Source: Callorhinchus milii
Lineage: Eukaryota
Assembly: GCF_018977255.1 (NCBI RefSeq)
Contig: NW_024704745.1
Span: 39,432,001-39,496,000, forward strand
Direction: 5' to 3'
DNA length: 64,000 bases
Shown here: positions 48,651-62,190 of the stretch, piece by piece
Position numbering within the stretch: the stretch's first letter is position 1
Layout: every line of letters begins with the position of its first letter
The notes under the pieces: model-generated
Database searches by the model: none
What the model was told of the DNA's origin: nothing
The model's input: only the letters and a program-made list of their open reading frames with translations
Program-made: the position numbers and the translations under genes

Positions 48651-49979
48651 AAAAACAATTCCAGCTTCTCGGAAACAATACTTACTCCCTATTAACACTA
48701 GGCTATTTTACACTTTTTTGTGATCTTTGCAAATAAATAAATGAAAGTGTTCTAAATGAAGCTGACAAGTAGTCATACTGCAGCAGTTACTCACAGACAA
48801 AAGTAGCCGCTTGCATTGTGTCAGTCCTGATTTCTGACAAGTGTTGGCAACGGTACATGCTGGTGCTGGTATGGCTCAGAATGTGCCTATTCCCCTATAG
48901 TGACCACTGCACTACTCACAGAGACTGACATAAAGCCTTCACCAATACACACAAATGAGAAGCAGAACCTTTCAAATATACGGAAACATTAGAATCATAA
49001 ATTCAGAGAATTACAGTAAAATTCTAATTACATCTCCAGCAGGCATCTTGGGGTTCTGTTTCCCACTGAAAGTCTTTCTTTTATTGGGATAGAACACCAG
49101 CCCTTGCTCCCATTTGTGGGAGAGGATGGAGTGTGGCAATGGATGGAGGGGGGCTTGGGTAAAAAACTAAGAAAAACATAAATTAGATGAAGAGAGAGAA
49201 GAAAGTGTGTAAAGAAATAACCTCCGTGCTTTCTCTTGTATTATACAGACCCACTTTGTAGGCGCTCAGATCTGTCAGACTGAGAGCAATGGGCTTACAC
49301 CAGACAAGGTAGTGCTCTTTGGGATCAACATTAGGATCAGCTACTTACTGTTCCTCGGTCCTGTCTTGCTGTTGTACCCCAACAATGGTTATCAGCACAT
49401 CACCATTTGCCCTGGTAGGCTCTGGCCTGGTTTCTGTTTGATGTGGTTGATGTGTCCTGACCACAGCTCACTTGATAAATATAAATTTTAAAATGTTCTG
49501 AATTTAGAGGGCAGAATTGTGGTATTCCTCATAATATTGCTAGCATGTATTGAGGAATGTACTTTTTACCCCTATATTGGAAACTAAATTCCACATTTAT
49601 CCTATTGCTCATCCCTAATTATTTTGTATAATTGATATTTAAAGAAAACCAAACAGGTGTGTAGGCAGTAGTCAGACATCGTGCCTAAATAGCAGTGGAA
49701 ATGCATGGAAATGTGTGCTTACTGCATGCTGAGCTCAGTGGTAGGTGGGAGACAATGGGACTTCAGTGTATTGAACACTGAACAAACTGCACCAGCTTCA
49801 GGCTAAGCGACTGTGGGGATCATCGCAAAAGGAAAATCAATATGTGAGTAACTTTCAGAAGCAAACTGTAAGTTATTCACATCAATATGAATAACTTACA
49901 GAAGCGATGCACACACATTTCAAATAATTATATTCTTTCCCCAGTTAATAAGTTCATGGCTCAAGTCTCATTCTGGTTA

Positions 49980-50365
49980 CAACAACACAATTACATTTGT
50001 ATTGCGCCTTTCATGTCGGGAGGACATCCCAAGGTGCTGGACAGAGTTTCGGACCCGAGTTGGGAGTCGGGGTCGGGGAGGATGGAGGGCAGGGGGGGAA
50101 GCAGGGAGATCAAAAGCACGTTCGAAAGGGAGGGTCTTGAGATGGGTCTTGAAGGTGGCAAAGGAGGGGACGAGGCAGGGGGACTATGGGATGGAGTTCC
50201 AGAGGGTGGGGCAGAGTGGCAGAAGGCCCGCTCACCAACAATGGGGCGAGTGAGGCGGGGAACATGAAGCAGGCCGGAGCCCACTGAGCAAAGGTTGTGA
50301 GCAGGACGGTAGGGGTTAGAAGGTCGCAGAGGTAGGGAGGAGCAAGACCATGGAGGGCTTTACAG
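49980..50365 (-). mobile_element. L2 LINE 3' end
   Basis: KALHGLAPPYLCDLL...SGLLHVPR...IVGERAFCHSAP and tail. Confidence 0.9.
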
Positions 50366-50459
50366 GTGCTTCTATTTGATTTTATTGCCAATTTTCTCCC
50401 ACTTTTCCTGAAGTTGTTGGCTCATCCTGGGTATAATTCTATAAAATCAATGATGATTG

Positions 50460-50580
50460 AACTCTGATACCTTATCCATATGGTCATTCTTCATGGGTGA
50501 ACATAGACTGTGGGTGCCAGTAGGTTATTTAGCCATGAAGAGTGTCATCACATCAAAAAACAATGCTGTTCTCACTGTTC
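50460..50580 (-). mobile_element. AmnSINE2-like 3' fragment
   Basis: Reverse complement contains ggctaaataacctactggcacccacagtctatgttcacccatgaagaatgacca. Confidence 0.5.
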
Positions 50581-50659
50581 TTTGCAATTCTTTTAATCGT
50601 CATGCCTGCTTTTCGGCAGAAGCCACTTAGATAGCAATCTGAAGTGGTGCTGAAGCCAA

Positions 50660-50828
50660 TGATGTTGATAGTATTCCTTGCATTTTATACAGTCCCTTTC
50701 ACGTCGGGAGGACATCTCAAAGAACTTCACAGGTTTCGGCTGCAAAGTCCAGTGGCTGTGTATTTTGTAAGTGAATCCAACAACCGATTTGCTCACAGCA
50801 ATGTCCCACAACCAGCCATAAAATGAAT
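50660..50828 (-). mobile_element. Deu-SINE 3' part
   Basis: Reverse tail ccttgcattttatac..tttcacgtcgggaggacat...cagcaatgtcccacaaccagccat. Confidence 0.8.
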
Positions 50829-52089
50829 GTTGAATTGTAGTGTCAAACTACTCAGTTCTATATATTTTAGTACAATACTGTTTTGTGAGGCTACAGTCCG
50901 TTGTTTTCCGCTCTTCCTTTCTTTCATGTATGGAAAGCGTTCTACTATTTTGATTTTCATCAATATATCATCTTCTGACATGTTATTGCAAGTCCAGGAC
51001 ATGTACTTCCCTGAAACGTGTCTTTTTAAAATTGTAAGAGAGGGTGGAGTTGTTCATTGCAAACTGTGAAAAGAAACCTAATCAAAGCACTCAAACTACT
51101 GACACACACTTTGGTTGAAAACAAAAAAATTAATTAATGTCCGATGCCCAAAGGATTAGGCTACAGGAAACTTGATCTTCTTGTTTTCTTGCCTTTTCTT
51201 TAGAAATGTTATTTTTGTCAAACTTTAGCCTTACGTTCATGTTGTCTGATAGAACTCAGCCAATTCTAAAATAAGAGAGGATATTTAAAGCTAGCATGGT
51301 ATATGGAGGCTACTGTAAAGCCTTTAACTGCTTGGAATCTGATTGTGAGAATATAAGTGGTTTGTGGAGACTTTCAAGAGGGGCAAGTCTGCCTATTTGA
51401 CAATTTGGGTCTCTATTTAAATGTGAAATTCTCAAATCTTTTATGCAGAATTGGACATAATAAATACCATACTGTCTCATTATGAATTTAATTCAGGATA
51501 AATAAAAAATCTTCAGTTGAAATACTAGTAATCTATAACATGTTTATAATATTGTTTGATATTAATGACAAGATCGATACTGAACTGAAAATCAAACTTG
51601 ACCCACATTTTCCAATGTCAGAGTCACATTAACTGGTATTGAGAGTGTATTAATTACCCTCAGTCAGAACTTTGGGTTTTCTGTTTGAGAAAAACAATAT
51701 GGGGGAAAATAAGCGGACGACAAACAGTGTAGTTACATGGAGATTAAACAGTGTCCTTGTTAGCAGTGTTATATGAGTCCTCAGCACTCCCCTGCTCCAG
51801 GCTATTTTGGGTGGATATTAAAGAAATATCCTGATATAATTTTCAATCACAAAAATAAATCAAGATCATGAGTTAGAGAGAAAAAAAATAAAGATTTAGT
51901 TTTGAGAAAATTTGTTATGCATTAAGTTCTGGGTGAATGTTGGAGATGACTAAGACAAATTGACCAGCTGCCGGGAAGCCTTTGCAATTCTTTTAATCTT
52001 CATACTCTGCTAGAAACCAGAAGAGAATAATTGAAATTAAGGTGATGTCCATCTATCTGTCAGCAGTACTTTGTCATCTCAATAACTTG

Positions 52090-52650
52090 TGCATCAGCCT
52101 GGCTCAGTTTGTAGCACTCTCGCCTCTGCCTCTGAAGGTTGTGGATTCTGGTGGGATTTTGAACTCATATTGTCTAAGCCTGACACTCTTGTGCACTGCT
52201 GATAGTGTGCTGCATTATTGATGTGCTGTCCTTCGAGTGAAATTATGTTAATCTTCATACTGCTAGAAACAAGAAGGGGATAATTGAAGTTAAGCTAATG
52301 TCCATCTATCGGTCAGCAGTATTTTGTCATCTCAAAAACTTGTGCATCAGCCTGGATCAGTTTGTAGCAGGGATCACTCTTGCATGAACGTTGGTAAGCT
52401 GAACGTCAAGGATCCCGTGGTACTATTCAAAAGGAGAGGGGAATTTCTCCCTTGTCCTGGCCAACAATTCTCCGAATGAATTCATAGACTTCATGGCTGT
52501 TAGTGGGACATTTTTGTTAGTAAATTAGTAGCTGTTTTTGCCTACAAAATACACAATCACTACACTTTACAGTAAATCCTGTGAAGCACTTTGAGATGTC
52601 CTTCTGATGTGAAAGGCACAATGAAAGGATTATTCTTTATTATCATTATA
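52090..52650 (+). mobile_element. Deu-domain SINE disrupted by a ~120-bp local duplication
   Basis: Head at 52090, body interrupted at 52248-52369, Deu core and tail resume at ~52400. Confidence 0.8.
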
Positions 52651-54084
52651 TAACTTCAAGACCACATATTGATTTTCAACAAACCCGATATATATTTACT
52701 TCAGTCCTTTTAATTATTAAACAAGCTCCACTGTTTATTTTGAGGAATTACCAAACAATAACTTTTTGGTTTGGTTTGAACTAGACTCACCAATGGCTTG
52801 GTCATAAGTTAACACAGGGTTTGTTTTTAAAAATATGAAGTTGGAAATTTTCCCTCTGTGTGAGATTATCAAGTTTTTCAAGACGTTTAACCATCTAAAT
52901 TTTGACTGAAATCTTTGGTTTATAGAGTTCACTCCTTACTGCATAACTCGTAATTATTACAGGGTCTTATTTGGGCTTTACTCTGGCTTTATCTGAAGCT
53001 TTGTAATTGTAGGATAATTGAAATTCATGTTGAAGCAGGTTCTTCTAACTATAGAAAAAGCAATGTAATAGACAGTGACAAGAAGCTGCAAGCAGAAAAT
53101 CACAAGAATTGGTGAGCGGGGAAAGAAGTCTGGATTGATTTCGAGCAGTAGCAATAAAAGTTCTTCAACAGGGCCCCCCAAATACCACAGGGATTCCTAT
53201 GTGCACAGGAAAGCCTTGCATAATAGTAGCTCTGCACAGGGAACCCCTGCCCCTCCCCCAGCCACTGCCAGGCCCTGTCAGTCCTCTCTTGGCAGATTTG
53301 AGAACTCCAATGTGGGGCCAATGGGCCGTGCATGATCCGGAAGGGTGGTGTTTTTTCAATTAAATTAAAAATGCGTTTCTAAATCAACTGCAAACTTAAC
53401 TCAAAATGAAATGGACCGTATTTACTGTTTGGCAAAATAGTACCATAATTGCACTCTTTTCATGCTTTTAAAGCAAAAGAAAAGCACAGAGTTTAAAGAT
53501 ACTATTTTGCCAGGACTTTTTTCAAATAGTAAATCCTTTATTGATTTCCCAGCTATGCTCCACTATTCTTATTTCATTTTTGTCCCATCAAATCTGTCAT
53601 TGCCCTTGACTGAATAGACAGTTGACAGATTAGGACATGACAATGTGATAATTATTACCTGTTACAATTATCAAATATCTGAGCAGGCTCAAAGGTAATG
53701 TGCCTGACAATGGAATATCGGAATACTCCTCTGTGGCAGTCTTGGTAATTCCAGCCCATCCAGTTTGTCACCAGGACTTGGAAGGAGACCAGACATTGAG
53801 GGGAGGGATTCTTCCCATTGGGCTCCCATTAACCTTGCAAGCCAAAGCCCCAGCAGGTAGGGTGTTCCAAACTGGACACGTAGCAGGAAGTTAGAGAGAC
53901 AGTGTTCGTAATGGCAAACTAACGGTTTTAGCTGCTTAATCTCCAGCAGTACCTCAATACACAATATGCCTTTTGCTAACCTGGAACCAAATATTTTCTC
54001 CCCTCTGGGGATAGACTATAAATTCCATTTTCAGTGAAACAGAAATTTAAATGGATATCAGGAGCTCTCAGTTTTTTGGCTTGG

Positions 54085-54292
54085 ATGGGAGTTTCTCCTG
54101 GTGCCCTGTCCAACAATCCCTTGGATAAAATCAGCTATTTACAGCTGTTTCTGGGTCATTGTGCGCAGATTGGCTGCAGCATTCACCTACAACATTGATA
54201 GTCACTACACTTTATCGTATGGTAAATGCTGTGAAACGCTTAGAGACGTCCTTCCAAAATGAAAGGTGCTATATCAAATACAAGGATTATAA
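54085..54292 (+). mobile_element. Deu-SINE 3' half
   Basis: gggagtttctcctggtgccctgtccaacaatccc...gaaaggtgctatatcaaatacaaggattat. Confidence 0.8.
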
Positions 54293-55269
54293 TTAGTTTA
54301 GAATTAGAATTAGTTTCCTATCACTGCTCTGCCAGTTCACTGTCCAAATGTTAAACAAGCAAATGTTAAGTATGAGCGGCTTCCTGTACTGCTGGTTTAT
54401 TAAACTGGCAATTTTTAAAAGGATTTGTAGTCTATACTTAATGTAGATTTCAAAAAAATCCAAAATTGTTGCCTTGAAAAAACAGAGATCACTGTGAACA
54501 CTCAGGCAGTATCTATGGAGAAAGGAAAGTGAGACAACGTTTCGGGTCCATGGCCCATGATATTATAGATGTTCACCTTTACTTTATGATTGCAATTTAT
54601 ATTGGACGTATGAAGATATTTCATACCTTCTGTATTTTAACGTTTGATATTGATACAGTGGCTGACCGTTATTAAATCCTAGTGATTGACCAATCCACAT
54701 AAATGGAATTAAACATTTTGTTTTCCTTTATTCAGAGTATAACCTGCTGATATTACTCAATTTCATCACAGGACACATTTATTCCGCTGGGTTGAGCTTG
54801 TGATCAGAATGACTTCCAGTTTGTGTTCCCCTCTTCCAATTGTCTCCCGTTAGGCCATCTTACTTGAAGACTGCAGAACACTACAGTTCCATGCTGCCAA
54901 TCTCTTCTGACATCTTGACCATGCGGCTGTACCTTATCTGTGAGTTTGAATCAGGGTATGAGAATATGGGAGCCATCATTCCGGAGTATCCTTTAATAAA
55001 GCCACACATTACATGCTTTCAGCTGGGTTCATTGGATAATAATTAGATGGGGGAAGAATGAGGCAAATAGTAGCTTGAAACTTGCCTATCAGTTTGAAAC
55101 CTGCTGATTCAGCACAGAACTGGAATTGAAGCAAGGATATACATGAGCTCCATGGCTCATTAACATTGCTCACAGTGAATTTGCCATGCAAGGGAGGGTG
55201 GACGGGGGATAGGGTGAAACTCAGTTAGACTTTTTTTAAAAAACTTCAGCCCGTAGAGTACCATAATCA

Positions 55270-57565
55270 ACAACAACAACAACAAATTAGACTTTCACGT
55301 CAGAAAGATGTCCCAGGATAATATGGGTATTGGACCCGAGCTAGGAATTGGCGTTAGGAGAGGTGGAGGACTGCAGGGGTTGGGGTGGGAGGGTGGCCGA
55401 AGGCACGATCGAAGAGGAAAGTCTTCAGATGGGACTTGAGGGAGGCACGAGAGGGGGTGAGGTGGAGGGATTGCGGGAGGGATAGAGTTCCAGAGTGTGG
55501 GACTGAGGTGGAATGTCTGACTGCCAATGGTGGGGCAGGAAGTGTGGAGGATCTGAAGCAGGCTGGTGTCTGCCGAGGGGACAGAGCGGACAAGCTGATA
55601 TGGGGCTATGAGGTCAGAGAGTTAGGGGGAGCAAGACCGTGGAGGGCCTTGAAGGTAAGGACAAGGATTTTGTACTCGATTCTCTGAGGAATGGGGAGTT
55701 AGTGAAGCCAGGCAAGAACGGGAGTCACAGGTTCCCAGAGCCTGGTGCAGGAGAGGATATGAGCTGCAGAGTTCTGAATAATCTGCAGCTTGTGGAGGGA
55801 AGAATTGGGAAGTTCAGTGAGCAGGAAGATGGCGTAGTCAAGCCAGGACGTAATGAAAGCATGGATCAGGGTCTCGGCAGCCTGCGATGAGAAGCAGTGG
55901 TGGAGGCGGGCAATGTTGTGGAGGTGTGGAAAGGCGGAACAGGTCATGGCACGAATTGGGATTGAAGAATAGCTGAGGATCGAAAAGGACATTGAGGTTT
56001 TGGGTTGGCCCGGTGAGATGAAGAGTGCAGCCATGAATGGTGATAGTGTTAGCAGCTGAGGTGAGGAGGCAATGCTGGAAGCCAAGCAGGAGGGCCTTTG
56101 TCTTGCCAACATTGAGCCGGAGGAAGTTGGCTCTCGAACAGGACTTGATGTCAGACAGACAATTAGCCAGGACATCAACAGTCCTGGAGTCGAGAGTGGA
56201 GGCTGCAAGATAAAGCTGGGTGTCATCCTCAATGTGGATGATATCACTGAATGGGAGCATGTATAGATTGAAGAGGAAGGGATCTAGGAAAGAGATCTGA
56301 GGGACGCCACCCATGACAATGTGGGGATTAGAGGAGAAGCCGTTGATGGCCGCGAAGTGCAGACAGTGGGACACATAGGATTAGAACCAGGCAAGAACAG
56401 AACCATTGAGGTGGAGGTGAGAGGAGAGGTGGTGAAGAAAAAGAGTGAAAGCAACTGAGAGGTCGAGAAGGACAAGGAGACAGAGAGAGCCCTGGTCGCA
56501 GGTGGACAGAATGTCATTTGTCACTTTGACCAGGGCTGTCTCTGCGCTGTGAGCAGCACAAAACCTAGATTCGAGGGGTTCATGGAGGAAAGAGAAAAGC
56601 TGGAAAATGACAACTCGTTCCATGACCTTTGATAGAATAGGAAGGTATGAAATTGGGTGGTAGTTGGAGAGCAGAGATGGGTCAACAGAAGGTTTTTTGA
56701 GGGTATGGGTGATGACGCTGTCTTTAGGGGGATGGGTATGGTGCCAGTGGACAGGAAGAGGTTAACAAGCTCTTTTATAGGGGGAGGGCAAAGAGGTGAG
56801 GAGAGGAGTAAGGATTGGGTCAAGGTAGCAGGTGGTTGGTTTCATATGGGAAATGGAGGTGAGCGACGAGAGGGAGACAGGGTCAAATGTGTGGAGGGAG
56901 GAATGGGGGGTTTGGAAGGGAAGCGGGAAGTGGGGCAGCAGGATGCCGGTAGAAGGGCTATAGTCGGCAGAACGGATCCCCTCGACTTTGAACTCGAGGA
57001 AATCCATCATCTCGCATTTGGTGTTGGAGGAGATGGCAGAGGCATGGGAGGGTGGACAGAGGAGTTGGTTTATGGAAGAAAAGACAAGTCTGGGGTTGTC
57101 CTTAGCTTCCAAAATGATTTTGGAATAAAAGGATGACTTAGTTGAGGTGAGGGCAGAGTGGTACGTCTCAGTGCGGTCCTGCCAGATCTGACGGAGAACC
57201 ATTGATTTGGATTTGCACCAGGTGCATTCGGCAGAGCGCACCTGAGATTTGAGGGAGCGGAGGTGGCTAGTGTACCAAGGGGATTTGTGTTAGTAGTAGG
57301 CGGTGTGGGAGATGACAGAGGCAAGTGTGTCGAGGTTGGCCGAATGGGAGTTCTTTAGAAAGGTGACCAAGGAGGGTAGGTCATTGCAGGTAGAGGGCCA
57401 GTGGGCTAGGAATTCAGATGCCTCCAGGGCAGTAGAGGGGGACTTTTCTCCAGGGGTGATAAGAGATGCATGTGGGGTGGGTGTTAGGGAGGGTCGTGGA
57501 GGAGTTAAGGGAGATGAAATTGTGATCTGAAATGTCTCTGTCAGTGCTGGTGACTTCAGAGACAA
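55270..57565 (-). mobile_element. L2-clade LINE, ~2.3 kb, heavily mutated (end of endonuclease through RT and 3'UTR)
   Basis: ISDHNFIS (APE SDH motif), KDNPRLVFSSIN, HSAETALVKVTNDI, LVLLDLS, GVPQ-like, DDTQLY, AAETLIHAFITSWLDY. (TTG)n tail. Confidence 0.95.
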
Positions 57566-60415
57566 TAATTATAGAAACAGATTGCTTGTCATGTAACTTC
57601 CTTGCCTGAAAATACAGATTACTATTGATTGAGGCTGTCAGCATTGTGCAGCGCACCAATATTCTAGTTACATTCTCATCTCACGTCACATCAGCAGAGT
57701 TTCAGCCACATTGAGGGTGCAAATGAGTGGACTGTTGTGTGCTACAATGAAATCCCTGTGTGTTCCTGTGATTATTATCTAACATGACTGAACTATTCTA
57801 TGTAAATGCTGCATCACTTTCCTGAAACTTGTCCAACTATGGTAACATAAGCTGCATTTTTCCAAATGCAATGAAGATTTCTTTTGCATGTGTGCAAACT
57901 TATTTTTTTTCTTCCAGACACAGATATTAGTCAAATATTATCATGGGTTTGCTCTGCCTTCCAGAGAGTAGAATTCCCTCCTCAATTACCCAAAGTCAAA
58001 GTTATTACCCAAACCCAAACCTATTTTCCTTTATATTAATTATGGGTGTAACCAACCATTTTTGCTCACCTTGGGCAAATTTTTCCTAAGTCAGAGACAT
58101 TTCTGATGGTGTTTTTCATTTGTTGTCAAGTGTAGCCTACTTGGCAGAATCTTCCATCAAAAAGTACAAAATCAATAAAAGTATCTTCAGTTTGATGAAA
58201 TGTCTTACCCCAGGGGGGTGGTTGAGGTCTAAGCAGTAATGTTGGACCCTATGCTTTGGAGGGTGTATGGCAGAGTCTTATTTTACTTTGATAAGATGAT
58301 TTATAAAAATAATAAAAAGCAAGTAAATCAGCTTTTCATATGCTTATGTCTTGATTCATTTTTATAGATCATTTTTATATGTATATTGTTATTGAAACAA
58401 CCTCATATTTTCCGTAAACTTTATGTTCTTTTTACATTACTAAGTCACTGAATGTATGATTGAATTACTTCCTCTTTGAGGAAGCTGCTGGACACGTGTC
58501 ACTTGATCAATATACGTATGGATTATATGGAAATTAATGAATACTTTTGAGGGATTTCATATAATGTTATAAAGGTGGATACTGTAATACACAGTTTACA
58601 ACTATTACCTGCTTGCATATAGTGTACTTTGAAGTTCATGGGGATAACTTTACTTAGTGCTGAGTCCGTTTAGTCGCTGGCATTAGCAGAGTATGCTTCA
58701 TGTCCTTGTTGTATGCTAATCTCTACACTGAAAGTGTAAAGATTGTGACACAAGCTTTTCATTATTCAGTTAGCTAATTCCAATTAGAACTGCTTATCAA
58801 ACCTCAGTATATATTGTGCTTGTGAAGAAACAATATGTGCTTAATACATCTCTTGTTTAATCATATGGTTCCAACAGAGAAGTCATTTGACTGCTCTTTG
58901 AAAGCAACACTCTGAGAAAAATAAATAGAAGACAGTAAGAAATGATTAAGTCTGTTTATAAAGTATTGCAAAAAATAACAATGTGCTGTATGTTCCAAGC
59001 CAATAATTCATCTCAGGCCTGAAATTATGTTGATAGATCGCTCGAGCTTTGCTCTCATAGTTTATGATACCATTCCAACCTATGATGGGTTTCTTCACTC
59101 AAGCACGCTGCAGATTGTGTGTTGTCTATATTTATAAGATAATAACGGAAATGGATACACACTTCTTTAAATTCCATATATAGACAATATTATATTTGAA
59201 AGTTGACTTTGCCTTTTACGTGTTTGGCTAACTCACTTTGACAAGGACCTACGTTAATTGCCAAATGTACATGAATGTGCACATCTATGCTCCCTATTGC
59301 CTTTGACAGTGTTTGGAAAAAATAGTTAAAGAAGAAGTTGAACCTAGCAGGAATACTTTTTGTTCAGAGTGCAGAAAAAATATTCTGTTATAATTCAGTA
59401 ATTTCCCTATTACAAGGAATTATCAATATAATGCTGAACCCACCTCTTTGACTGCCCTTTTAGCTACCCTTTGGTTACCTTTTTCCTCTCCACCTCCTCC
59501 AGTTCTCACCAGTATCTCGGGTGTCCAAACAGTATGACAATACTTTATATGACAAATATGCTGTCTTCTGAGTCATTCTGGTTTCAATATAACATATTTA
59601 TTTCAAATGTAAACAAGTGCTGGAAGCTTGTGCATGGGACAGTAAAAGCAAAAAATAGTCAGATTGCCAACAGGATAACATTATGTTTTGGGTTCTTTTG
59701 TACACTGTAAAATAATTTTTAATTTTGAGCCAGTCGGGGCCGCATGGTTGAGACTTTGGAAATTCCTGACTCTTTATTGGTATCTTCAAGTGAATACCTC
59801 TGCATTCCTTTAAGGAAGGGGTCAGTTGGTGGGTTTAAAATTGTGTGTACTAGTGGATTTAGTTGAAACTAGCAAAGCATACTGGTAATAATTACCAGCC
59901 ATCAATGTGTAATATCCTTCTCTTCTTTCATTGGACTAGGTCTTCAAAGGTCAATAGTTGGAGCTACTGTCTTAAGCCCTGTTAAGTGTTTAAGCTTCAA
60001 CTCTTCCCCAATCAAGTTCCTACAGTGGATGGTTTCAAGTTACAGTTCTAGCATGATGCATGTCCTGTGTTTTTTTCAAAAGCCAGAAAATGACTGGATT
60101 TGCAGCAAACTGTTCACACCAATCTCCTGATTTGTGTCACATTAATTTGACTGAACTCACTAGTCAACCTTTGAGTGTTTCATCCTTCCAAGTTTAATAC
60201 ACTTAATTAACGTGGCATCTGGATAACATTTTTATTTTTTATTCAAAGCTCTGTCTTTGCTTATACTGTGTGTGACTTACCAGAAGACGTAGAATTGCAA
60301 TCATGTACATATGATTATGAGACTGGAATGTTGGTGCATCAACACAAAATATAGAGTGGGTACTGATTCAATCCCCCGACTCTACAAGTCAGTTCATAGC
60401 TGTAACACTTTGCCA

Positions 60416-60505
60416 AAGTTGTATAAATTATGTATGGCAAATCTAGGGTCGAAGGATTTGGTGATCCTTCGACCCTAGTATTGCCCTGCTTAATTTATAC
60501 AACTT
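60416..60505. repeat. Long inverted repeat (42-bp arms, 6-nt loop)
   Basis: aagttgtataaatta...ctagggtcgaaggat-ttggtg-atccttcgaccctag...taatttatacaactt, with 37/42 Watson-Crick matches. Confidence 0.92.
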
Positions 60506-61371
60506 GGGGGGTGGGGGGATGTTGAGGTCAGGATTTGGCCGACTTGGCTCCACCCCTCTGCCAACTGCCAGTCAGTCAGCGGGCGGGCTGTGGGCTATTG
60601 AAAACAGCAACCGATCAGGAAAAGGTACAGCTGAGTGACTTTAAAGTGAATGGAAGGCAGGGACGAGTGGGGGGGTCGGTCATGAGCTCCTCTGATCCCC
60701 CACTGGCTCCACCACTGAAATTAGGGTAAGATACTCTCTTACAATCTGTTACACTGTCTATCCTCCCTGAGGTGGGAGGGAGGAGTAGAAAGGTAAGCGA
60801 GGTCTCATTGGAGCTCAACTGATTCCAAAGTGACAAGCTTGGCAAAGGAATGTTGGAATTGATCCAGCCCTCTGTGGCGGTCTCCGAGGGCCTGTTCTTG
60901 AACCAATACTCCAGGGCACTGCACAGAAGCCATGGCTCATCAGCAGGACCTGGAAGGGCAGACCAGTCACTGGGGCAGGCACTCTTACCACCTAGCTCCT
61001 ATTAACCCTGCAAGCCAAAATCCAAAACATTTGAGTGCTGGAACTTGCAAAACTCACTGAACCATTAATTACTCTCAATGCAAAACAGATCACATGTATC
61101 TGCTTGCTATATTACCTTGAATGACAAATGCAAATTTACAGTTATACAGGGAGCAAATTAGATGTGAGAGATTCTAATTAACACAAGACATACAGTAATG
61201 TCTTGTGTTCAAGTTTTATTATTTAACTGAGTTTACTTCTTCTATTTTCAAACTTCTCATCTTTCAGAACGAACACAATTGAAAATGTTTTTAAATTGGT
61301 GAAGCACTTGGCAATTCAATCAGTCGTCTTCTTTAAGAAATGTATTTGAAAAAGAATCTCTCCATCTCCTC

Positions 61372-61780
61372 TGAGCCTCACCTCTGCATCAGAAGGTTGT
61401 GGCTTCAAGCCCCACGTCAGATTTGAACTCACATAATCTAAGAGACATTCCAATACAATGCTGGGAGTGTGTTGCATTGTCAGAAGTGCCGAACTTCAGT
61501 GTTAAAACCAAGGTCTCACCTTCCTGTTCAGGTGAACATTAAAGGTCTCATGGCACTATTCGAAAAGAGAAGGGAGTTTCTCCCAATGACATGGCCAACA
61601 ATCCCCAAAATATAATTGATCAATCATTTCATAGCTGTTTGTGGGACATTTTTGTCCCTAAATTGGCTGCCCCATTCACCCACAAATACTTTAGGCATCC
61701 ACTTCACAGTAAATTTTGTGAAGCGCTTTGGGATGTGCTACCAATGTGAAAGGCGCAGTACTAACTGCAAAGATTATTAT
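61372..61780 (+). mobile_element. Deu-domain SINE, near full length
   Basis: cctctgcatcagaaggttgtggcttcaagcccc head, Deu core and tail. Confidence 0.85.
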
Positions 61781-61859
61781 TGTTTGGTATTGATAGGATT
61801 TCACTTAAAGTTCTGCTATCTCAACATCCATTTGTAAAGTTTTGATTATATCTTATGTG

Positions 61860-62190
61860 TGTAGATATTCATGTATCTTCCGCGACCTTTCTCCTCCAGT
61901 CACTCTGTTCTCCAGTCTCTGGCCTGTTTCATGCCACCCCCCTTTCCCCCACAGTTGCCCACAGATCTGCTCTGCTCCCTGCCCTCTGGATCTCTCTTGC
62001 CAAATCCCTCCACTTCCAACCTCACCTCTCCCTCAGCTTTCAATACACATCTAATATCTACTTATTTGACTGCACTTTTGACCACTTGCCCCTCCTATCT
62101 CCCTCCTAGCTCAGGCTCCTGCTCCAACTTCATAAAGCTTTGAGATCATTTACTATGGGAATGTTGAAATATAAGTGGATATTGTTGTTA
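61860..62190 (+). mobile_element. Old L2 3' end
   Basis: ctctgttctccagtctctggcctg...cacatctaatatctacttatttgactgcacttttgacc. Confidence 0.6.

Noticed and set aside
61180-61209. 12-bp-arm hairpin aacacaagacat/atgtcttgtgtt
   Set aside because: Short, AT-rich and without supporting context, so not distinguishable from a local micro-inversion.
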